DNA from: an uncultured Gemmatimonadota bacterium
Lineage (GTDB): Bacteria; SM23-81
NCBI GenBank assembly: GCA_964584035.1
Contig: CAZOYL010000085.1
Span: forward strand, 1-11,488
Direction: 5' to 3'
Length of the DNA: 11,488 bases
Below the pieces are notes generated by a model that saw only the letters and a list, made by a program, of their open reading frames with translations, made no database searches and had not been told where the DNA came from. This document shows, piece by piece, positions 1 through 6,272 of the stretch. The translations under genes were made by a program, and so were the position numbers. Every line of letters begins with the position of its first letter. The stretch's first letter is position 1.

Positions 1-2077
1 CGGCTTTCTCATCAATTGTCTTTTCCCAGGGTGGGATGATCAGTTCTTCTGGTTCAATATCAGAAATTTCCCTCCAGGCTTTGATCACCCGATCCAGTTC
101 TTCCGGAGTCACCCAGCAGCCCTGAGTTCGGACAGGATTTGCAGCTTCAGGAGAGAGGTAGAGCATATCACCGTTTCCAAGCAGGGATTCTGCCCCGTTC
201 ATATCCAGCACAACTCTGGAGTCTACAGAGGAAGCCACCGCAAAGGACATTCTGGCCGGGAAATTGGCTTTGATCAAACCGGTGACCACATCGGTGCTGG
301 GGCGCTGGGTTGCGACAACCAGGTGAATGCCCACCGCCCGGGCCATCTGGGCCAGCCGGCCGATGCTGTCCTCGATCTCGTTGGAGACGGTCAGCATCAG
401 ATCGGCCAGCTCGTCCACGATGATGACCAGATAGGGCAGCCGCTCATCTCCCGGCGACGGCTCCAGTCCCGGCAGAGAGGTCTGCTGGACCTTCTTGGCG
501 TTGTAGGCATCGATATTCCGCACCGCCGCCTTGGCCAGGATCTGGTAGCGCCGTTCCATCTCCGAGACGGCCCAGCGCAAGACCTTGACGGCCTCCTTGG
601 GCTCGATGACGACCGGCGCCATGAGGTGCGGGATCTTATTGAAGACGGTCAGCTCCAGCATCTTGGGATCGATAAGCAGGAACCTGACATCGTTCGGGGT
701 GGCCCGGAACAGGATGCTGGCGATGATCGAGTGAATACAGACGCTCTTGCCCGACCCGGTGGCTCCGGCGATCAGCAGGTGCGGCATGCGATCCAGTTTG
801 GCGCAGTAAGGCTCCCCGGCGATGGTCTTTCCCAGGGCCATGTTGAGCATGGAATCGCTGCGGACGTACTGGGGCGAGTTGAGGATCTCCCGGAGATAGA
901 CGACCGAGGGCTGCTTGTTGGGCAGCTCGATGCCGACCACATCCTTGCCGGGGATGGGCGCCTCCACCCGGATGCGCTGAGCCCGCATGGCCAGGGCCAG
1001 GTCGTCGGCCAGGCTGATGAATCGGCTGACCTTCACCCCCGGGGCCGGCTTGACCTCGTAGCGGGTGATGACCGGTCCCGGGCTGACCTGGACCACCTTG
1101 CCCTGGACGCCGAAATCGGACAGCTTCTCCTCCAGGATTTCCGCGTTGGCAAAGAGCTCTTTTTCGTTCTGCCGGTCGTCCGTTTTGGGGGGCGAGTGGA
1201 GCAGATCCAGCGATGGCAACTGGTATTTTTGGCCCGCGGGTACGGCGGACGGTTTGAACCGGTCCTCCTTCGGGGACGCTTCCCCGGGTTTGACGATCTG
1301 GGGTGGCTGGCGGCGCTGGGCCTCTTCGTCGGCATCGGCCTGGGCGGCGGCAAACTGATGGCGGAGTTTTTCAGCCTTTTTCTTCTTCCTGTCGATCTTT
1401 TTGTCTGCCTTGGGCTTTGCTTTTTGGGTCGTTTTCGCGGCCGCCGGCCGGACCCGCTCCCTGCGGCCCAGCGATCGTTGGAACAGGCCGATCAGCCAGC
1501 GAGTCAGGCCGGCCAGGCCGACTCCGGCGGCCAGCACGGCCTGGCGCAGCCCGATGCCGGTCAGGGCCGTCAGCAGGACCAGCAGAGCCGTGGTGGTGAT
1601 CAGGTAGGCTCCGAAGGTGTGCACATAGCGGAGCATGAAATAGGCCGCTGCCGAGCCGACCACGCCGCCGGCGCGGATAGCGGCGGCCCGCTGCTGTAAA
1701 TCCGGCGACTCATTCATGGGATGGATCAGACCGGCCAGAGCACCCAGGAAGATCATCACTCCCAGCAGATAGAGGGTCCGCCTGATCACGGCGCCGGTGT
1801 CGGTTTCCAGGAACCGGTTCAGACCCCACAGCAGGAGCATCAGGGGGACGATGTAACCGAAATAGCCGAAGGACAGCACCAGGGCCGAGGCCAGCATCTG
1901 GCCCACCGGTCCGATCAGGTTCCTGGTGCGTTCGCTGAACCCATGGCTGGTCAGAAGATAATCTTCCTCCGGGATATAAGAGAACAGGCTGAGAAAGAGC
2001 AGCACGGCCAGAGCCATCAGCAGGATCCCCAGGATCTCGTTCTGCCGCTGCCGGGAGAGATTGTTGACGAACGTCAT
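1..2077 (-). CDS. ftsK: DNA translocase FtsK/SpoIIIE, 3'-partial (runs off the left edge, 692 codons visible)
   Basis: Manual translation from ATG 2077 (GAGGA ~10 nt upstream). MTFVNNLSRQRQNEILGILLMALAVLLFLSLFSY... gives an N-terminal multi-TM region, then a Lys-rich linker, alpha domain (YQLPSLDLL, PGPVITRYEVKPAPGVKVS, IRVEAPIPGK), Walker A PHLLIAGATGSGKS, LIDPKMLEL, Walker B LPYLVIIVDELADLM, RLAQMARAVGIHLVVATQRPS and GAESLLGNGDML. Absent from the ORF track, presumably because its stop is outside the window. Confidence 0.97.
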   Translation of the reverse strand, partial: MTFVNNLSRQRQNEILGILLMALAVLLFLSLFSYIPEEDYLLTSHGFSERTRNLIGPVGQMLASALVLSFGYFGYIVPLMLLLWGLNRFLETDTGAVIRRTLYLLGVMIFLGALAGLIHPMNESPDLQQRAAAIRAGGVVGSAAAYFMLRYVHTFGAYLITTTALLVLLTALTGIGLRQAVLAAGVGLAGLTRWLIGLFQRSLGRRERVRPAAAKTTQKAKPKADKKIDRKKKKAEKLRHQFAAAQADADEEAQRRQPPQIVKPGEASPKEDRFKPSAVPAGQKYQLPSLDLLHSPPKTDDRQNEKELFANAEILEEKLSDFGVQGKVVQVSPGPVITRYEVKPAPGVKVSRFISLADDLALAMRAQRIRVEAPIPGKDVVGIELPNKQPSVVYLREILNSPQYVRSDSMLNMALGKTIAGEPYCAKLDRMPHLLIAGATGSGKSVCIHSIIASILFRATPNDVRFLLIDPKMLELTVFNKIPHLMAPVVIEPKEAVKVLRWAVSEMERRYQILAKAAVRNIDAYNAKKVQQTSLPGLEPSPGDERLPYLVIIVDELADLMLTVSNEIEDSIGRLAQMARAVGIHLVVATQRPSTDVVTGLIKANFPARMSFAVASSVDSRVVLDMNGAESLLGNGDMLYLSPEAANPVRTQGCWVTPEELDRVIKAWREISDIEPEELIIPPWEKTIDEKA

Positions 2078-2143
2078 CGGGCATCATCCTCATCGAGAGA
2101 AAAACTGCAATATCGTCAGTCAAAACTGCCATTTTGGCGCATT

Positions 2144-2172
2144 AAGATACATCACCGGACCGTCTCTGTCAA
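2144..2172 (-). promoter_or_regulatory. sigma70-type promoter for ftsK
   Basis: Minus strand TTGACA (2172-2167), 17-nt spacer, TATCTT (2149-2144), ~65 nt upstream of the ftsK ATG. Confidence 0.7.
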
Positions 2173-2233
2173 GGGGAAAAGCGCCGCCCGGTGCCAAGTG
2201 GTCATCTCGCGGAGGGATGTGAATAAAAAACTC

Positions 2234-2263
2234 TTGACATGGAGGTCCTGTTGCCTTTACATA
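2234..2263 (+). promoter_or_regulatory. possible upstream sigma70 promoter for the 2455-5971 operon
   Basis: Perfect TTGACA at 2234-2239 preceded by an A-tract. The -10 is only moderate (TTACAT/TACATA at 17/18-nt spacing). Confidence 0.35.
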
Positions 2264-2372
2264 TGGCTGCTGTTTTGAGCGATGCTGCGATAGGCGGCCG
2301 GCGCCGATGGCCGGGTGCGGACCCTAACGGGATTGGCCGGTGAGCGGTGTTCAAAAAGGATTCAGATTTCTG

Positions 2373-2401
2373 TTGACATAACTGACAATCTATAGTAAGA
2401 T
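2373..2401 (+). promoter_or_regulatory. sigma70-type promoter for the 2455-5971 operon
   Basis: TTGACA (2373-2378), 17-nt spacer, TAAGAT (2396-2401). Followed by Shine-Dalgarno AAGGAGGT (2439-2446) and ATG 2455. Confidence 0.75.
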
Positions 2402-2454
2402 TGAGACATTTGGACAGAACGATATACCAGGAACCGAAAAGGAGGTGGGGACAA

Positions 2455-3012
2455 ATGGAAAAGTCATTTGCTCTTTCATTCGCCGGCGCGGCCTGCCTGG
2501 CCCTGCTGATCATCTCCCCGGCCCGGGCCGATTACATCCTGGTCAAGGATGTGCTCAGCACCAGCGGGGGTCATTTAGAGTCCTCCAGCTATCTGCTGGA
2601 CTATTCCACCGGGCAGACGGCCGTGGGCCAGAGCCAGGGCACCAGCCATATCGAGACCGGCGGGTTCTGGTCCTGGTCGCCCTGGGGCGCGGAGGTGGCC
2701 GTGGAGGAGGAGGTCTTGCCCGGGCCGATGCCGGGCTGCTTCGCGCTCAGCCAGAACTATCCCAATCCGTTCAATCCCCGGACGCACATCATCTATCAGC
2801 TGCCGCAGGCCGATCGTGTCACCCTGACGGTGTACAATGTGCGGGGTCAGGCGGTCTGCCGTCTGGTGGATGAGGAGCAGGGGGCCGGGGAGCATGAGGT
2901 CACCTGGCAGGGTCAGGATGATGCCGGCCGGGCGGTGGCCAGCGGAATCTATTTCTACCAGCTGGTGACCGGGGAGTTTCACCAGACACGAAAGATGCTG
3001 TTGCTGAAATGA
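2455..3012 (+). CDS. Small secreted protein (185 aa): signal peptide, ~50-aa Gly/Ser-rich 'GG..S..Y.L..S.GQ...GGFW' domain, C-terminal FlgD-Ig / T9SS type A sorting-like domain
   Basis: Strong SD before ATG 2455, so the ORF-track start at 2401 is too far upstream. Signal peptide MEKSFALSFAGAACLALLIISPARA|D. The C-terminus FALSQNYPNPFNP...VYNVRGQ.V..LVD...G.H.V.W.G.D..G..VASGIYFYQL...RKMLLLK is the typical FlgD_ig/Por secretion tail pattern. Confidence 0.9.
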   Translation: MEKSFALSFAGAACLALLIISPARADYILVKDVLSTSGGHLESSSYLLDYSTGQTAVGQSQGTSHIETGGFWSWSPWGAEVAVEEEVLPGPMPGCFALSQNYPNPFNPRTHIIYQLPQADRVTLTVYNVRGQAVCRLVDEEQGAGEHEVTWQGQDDAGRAVASGIYFYQLVTGEFHQTRKMLLLK

Positions 3013-3046
3013 TATTTCCCTGACAAGTGAACCGAGGAGGCATCTC

Positions 3047-5971
3047 ATGAACCGGAGAAACACCATCATCCAGGCAACACTGGCTGTGTTGCTCTGCCTA
3101 TTTTTCTCGGCGGCTCATGCGGCACCGAAATCGATGGTCTTTAATGGTCAGGTACGTACCGAAAGAACCGCTAAAGCCGTTCCCGGGCAGCTAAATTATC
3201 AAGGTTATCTGGCCGATGCGGCCGATTCTTCGGCGGTGACCGCCACGCTGGAGATGACCCTCCGGCTGTTCGACGCCGAATCGGGAGGATCGGAAGTCTG
3301 GTCCGAGACCCATCCGGCGGTGCAGGTCAGCGGCGGATTGTTCCAGGTCTTCCTGGGAAGTAGGACACCGTTTCCGGATGGCCTGTTCGACGGAACAACC
3401 CTGTGGCTCCAGACCGAGCTGGGGCCGCAGATCCTGGCCCCACGTAAGCCGCTGGTGAGCACGGCGTATAGCCATCGAGCCAACAGCGCCGAGATGCTCC
3501 TGGACTATACCCTGACCGATCTGGATGATCGCTGGGTGAACGAGGATCAAGCCAACAGCGTGACCGGAGCCATGATCGCCGACGGAGAGATCGCTGATGC
3601 GGATGTCGCCCCGGGCGCGGCCATCGACCCGGCCAAGATCGATGGCACGGCCTGGACCGCGGATAACGACGGAGCCGGCAGCGGACTGGACGCTGACCTG
3701 CTGGACGGCCAGCAGGCGGCCGACTTCATCGGCCTGGACCAGCTGGATCATCTGGATGCCGCTGACGGCAGCCCGGCCAACGCCGTCTATGTCGACACGG
3801 CAGGCAAGGTGGGCGTCGGCACGACCAGCCCGCTGATGGAGCTGGATGTCAACGGCGCGGTGAATGCCTCTACCTATTTCGGCGACGGCTCCAATCTGAC
3901 CGGGGTCAGCGGAACCTCGGACGGCGACTGGACCATTTCGGGCAGCGACATCTATTCAAATGTCTCCGGCAATGTGGGCATCGGGGTGACCACTCCCAGC
4001 GCCAAACTGCACGTGGTCGATGGCTCCGGAAATTATGCCGTGATCTCAAATGGCACCTACGGTGTCTATGGCCGGAACGTGACCGGCGACAACTACGGCT
4101 ATTTAGGCGGTTCCGGCTATGGCGTCTACGGCAAGCATAATACCAGCGGCAACTTCGGCTATCTGGGCGGCGGCAGCTACGGCGTCTATGGATACAGCAG
4201 CAGTCCCAAGGACGGCTCAGGGCTTGCCCCCGGCACCAGTGCCGTCTACGGCGAGGCCCAGGGACCCGGCGCCAGCGGCGTGTATGGCATCAACACCGAT
4301 AGCGGGCACTATGGTATTCTCGGTCACGCGGACTACGCCGGGTATTTCGATGGCGATGTCCATGTCACCGGCGACGTCGGCATCGGGGTCCTGCCCTCCG
4401 CCTATCCCCTGAACGTGGCCGGCATGGCCAACATGCTGGAGTTCCGGATGCCCACCGGAGCGGCGGACGGCCATGTGCTGACCTCTGATGCCACCGGGGT
4501 GGGCACCTGGCAGCCGGGCCTGTGGGCCGATCAAGGCAATTACATAGCGGCCGATATTGCTCCTGTCTTCACCGTTTATCGAGATAGTTCTGTGTACATA
4601 GGGCTGAATTTCATTAGTGATCCTAAGACCTCAGCCATCACCAACTGGTCCAATGATGGAGCAGCGGTGCTCCACTGTTATAACCATCAGTCTCAAGGGG
4701 ATCTCTATGGCATGAGAGCGTTTGCCTCCAGCGACTCCAACGATATCGCCGTCTATGGCCGTGGAGAGGAGTGGGGCGGATATTTCGGCTGTTACTCCGG
4801 CGGGACGGCCGTCATGGGAGAGGGCAGCGACACCACCCGCTACGGCTTGCTGGGCTCACCATCCTATGGCGTGTATGGTCATCATGAGGATGGCTGCATA
4901 GGATTTCTCGGCAGTAGTTCTATCGGAACCTATGGTTCATGCGTCAATACAACAGATGGGACGATGGGCGTCCGCGGATTTTATGGTTCTTCGACAGGCG
5001 GTACCGGGTATCGTGATTACGATACCCATTGCGGGGTGGTGGGAAAATGTTCTTGGGGTGCGGATTATCACTGCGGCGTTCAGGGCATTACCTACTCGAA
5101 TGATTCAGGCGTCCGGGTATCCGGTGTTCACGGCCACTTCTCGAATCAATCCGTCAGTTACTGGGGATCGCTGGCCTATAAGAACTCCGCGAGCAACCTC
5201 TACGGCGGATATTTCACCAGCTACACCAGCGGTGGAGGAAAGGGATCGCTGGATAGCGATGCTTGCTCGGCCGTCGGAATTGGGTCCTGGGGAGACCTGT
5301 TCGGGGCCGACATCCACGGAAAGGTCTCTGGTACCTATACCGAGGGTGAGGACTACGGGCTCTATTCCCATGGAATGGTGGTGCGGGACGATCTGGACGT
5401 CCATCTGCAGCATCAGACGACCGGTACCACCGCGGTGCTCTATACCAACGTGTCCACCGATGTGACCGTTCAGACCAGCGGCTACTGCCGATTGTCGAAA
5501 GGCATCTGTGCGGTGACCTTCGACCAGAACTTCCGCCGGGTGGTCTCCTCCGAGGTGCCGGTGGTGGTCACGGTGACGCCCATCGGCGGCTCCCAGGGGG
5601 TTCACCTGGACCGGGTCGGTCCGGACGGCTTCACCGTGATGGAGAACAACGCCGGCAAGAGCGATGTACAGGTGGCCTTCATCGCCATCGGCCGCCGGGC
5701 CGGATATGAGCATCCGGAGCTTCCCGCGGAGGTCGTGGCCGCGGACTATGTAAACAAACTCTCCCGCGGCCTGCACAACGACGCCGACACCGCCACCGAC
5801 GGCCAAGGGTTATACTACGAGGACGGCCGACTCGTGGTCGGCCAGCATATCTCCATGCTGCCCCATCCGGACAAATCCAGGGAACCTGATGAAGAGGCTC
5901 CACCGCAGCTGCCCAGGAGGCCTGCGCGCACCGAGCATGAGGAGACCGGCCGGGACAACCAGCCCCGGTAA
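3047..5971 (+). CDS. Secreted phage-tail-fibre-like / adhesin-like repetitive protein (974 aa)
   Basis: SD GAGGAGG at 3034-3040. Signal peptide ending AHA|AP. N-domain VPGQLNYQGYL...GG..VWSE...V..GLF.V.LG...PR.PL.S.AY. Fibre-type motifs SVTGAMIADGEI, GSGLDADLLDG, GKVGVGTTSP..ELDVNG, GNVGIGVTTPSAKLHV and GHVLTSDATGVGTW. Gly/Tyr-rich GVYG repeats. C-terminal beta domain ending AIGRRAGYE. The CDS is solid but the function is inferred. Confidence 0.85.
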   Translation: MNRRNTIIQATLAVLLCLFFSAAHAAPKSMVFNGQVRTERTAKAVPGQLNYQGYLADAADSSAVTATLEMTLRLFDAESGGSEVWSETHPAVQVSGGLFQVFLGSRTPFPDGLFDGTTLWLQTELGPQILAPRKPLVSTAYSHRANSAEMLLDYTLTDLDDRWVNEDQANSVTGAMIADGEIADADVAPGAAIDPAKIDGTAWTADNDGAGSGLDADLLDGQQAADFIGLDQLDHLDAADGSPANAVYVDTAGKVGVGTTSPLMELDVNGAVNASTYFGDGSNLTGVSGTSDGDWTISGSDIYSNVSGNVGIGVTTPSAKLHVVDGSGNYAVISNGTYGVYGRNVTGDNYGYLGGSGYGVYGKHNTSGNFGYLGGGSYGVYGYSSSPKDGSGLAPGTSAVYGEAQGPGASGVYGINTDSGHYGILGHADYAGYFDGDVHVTGDVGIGVLPSAYPLNVAGMANMLEFRMPTGAADGHVLTSDATGVGTWQPGLWADQGNYIAADIAPVFTVYRDSSVYIGLNFISDPKTSAITNWSNDGAAVLHCYNHQSQGDLYGMRAFASSDSNDIAVYGRGEEWGGYFGCYSGGTAVMGEGSDTTRYGLLGSPSYGVYGHHEDGCIGFLGSSSIGTYGSCVNTTDGTMGVRGFYGSSTGGTGYRDYDTHCGVVGKCSWGADYHCGVQGITYSNDSGVRVSGVHGHFSNQSVSYWGSLAYKNSASNLYGGYFTSYTSGGGKGSLDSDACSAVGIGSWGDLFGADIHGKVSGTYTEGEDYGLYSHGMVVRDDLDVHLQHQTTGTTAVLYTNVSTDVTVQTSGYCRLSKGICAVTFDQNFRRVVSSEVPVVVTVTPIGGSQGVHLDRVGPDGFTVMENNAGKSDVQVAFIAIGRRAGYEHPELPAEVVAADYVNKLSRGLHNDADTATDGQGLYYEDGRLVVGQHISMLPHPDKSREPDEEAPPQLPRRPARTEHEETGRDNQPR
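4058..4192 (+). repeat. 60-nt (20-aa) imperfect coding tandem repeat in the fibre gene
   Basis: YGVYGRNVTGDNYGYLGGSG / YGVYGKHNTSGNFGYLGGGS / YGVYG starting at 4058, 4118 and 4178. More diverged copies lie near 4280-4345 and 4840-4935. Confidence 0.85.
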
Positions 5972-6034
5972 GGCCGGGAAGCCCGGTAAGGCCGGGAAGC
6001 CCGGTAGGGCCGGGAAGACAACCGCGCCCGGTAA
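5963..6034 (+). repeat. 18-nt tandem repeat (G/C)CCCGGTA(A/G)GGCCGGGAA x3 plus a partial copy; each unit is a small hairpin
   Basis: Units at 5963-5980, 5981-5998 and 5999-6016, partial GCCCGGTAA at 6026-6034. Each unit has a CCCGG/CCGGG inverted pair. Unit 1 contains the fibre gene's TAA. Confidence 0.95.
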
Positions 6035-6056
6035 AAGCGCAAGATCAGTAGATACG

Positions 6057-6091
6057 AAAAAGGCCCTGTCGAGAGATCGGCAGGGCCTTTT
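6057..6091. terminator. Bidirectional intrinsic terminator between the convergent genes
   Basis: AAAAAGGCCCTGTCGA-GAGA-TCGGCAGGGCCTTTT: 11-bp GC-rich stem (one G.U on +), GNRA loop, flanked by an A-tract and a T-tract. Confidence 0.9.
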
Positions 6092-6128
6092 CACAAATCA
6101 TTACCACCCACCTCGAAATCAGGCAATG

Positions 6129-6224
6129 AAAAAACGGGTGCCAAAACGCCGGTTCCAGAGGCTCTGTTACGCTCTCTCAGCATGCTCAGCCGGAGAAAGC
6201 TGCCTCAAACGGATTGGCACCCGT
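6129..6224 (-). ncRNA. Candidate structured RNA (long rod-like hairpin ending in a U-tract); family unknown
   Basis: Perfect 11-bp inverted repeat at 6134-6144/6214-6224 enclosing nested helices on the - strand (TCCG/TGGA, GAGGC/GCCTC, GCTTTCTC/GAGAGAGC), followed by a T-run. Confidence 0.4.
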
Positions 6225-6272
6225 GTACAGTGATCACTGTTAAGAGATCCCCTGGGTGAAGCTGTTTCCTCC

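Noticed and set aside
323..2278. + strand ORFs 323-1699 (458 aa), 1721-2278 and smaller overlapping ORFs
   Set aside because: Antisense or alternative-frame shadows of ftsK, typical of high-GC3 genes, with no recognisable motifs.
2280..2350. Structured RNA between the two + strand promoters (several GGCCGG, CCC-TAAC-GGG)
   Set aside because: Only short stems expected by chance in very GC-rich sequence, with no consistent fold or family motif.
2401..2454. TTG start at 2401 for the small secreted protein
   Set aside because: It overlaps the -10 box and has no SD. ATG 2455 has AAGGAGGT and puts the signal peptide at the N-terminus.
3047..5971. Prophage tail gene or diversity-generating retroelement target
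   Set aside because: The protein has a Sec signal peptide and no phage structural or integrase genes flank it. I saw no reverse transcriptase and no TR/VR pair differing at adenines.
5963..6034. CRISPR array
   Set aside because: The repeats are 18 nt and directly adjacent with no spacers, and there are no cas genes in the window.
6129..6224. TPP riboswitch or SRP RNA identity for the structured element (GGGTGCC...CTGAGA...GGAACC on -, TCAG.CCGGAGAAAGCTGCC on +)
   Set aside because: The TPP CUGAU...UAAU...GCGNAGGGA half is missing and the element is downstream of a gene. The SRP helix-8 CAGG/GNRA/AGCAG geometry does not form.
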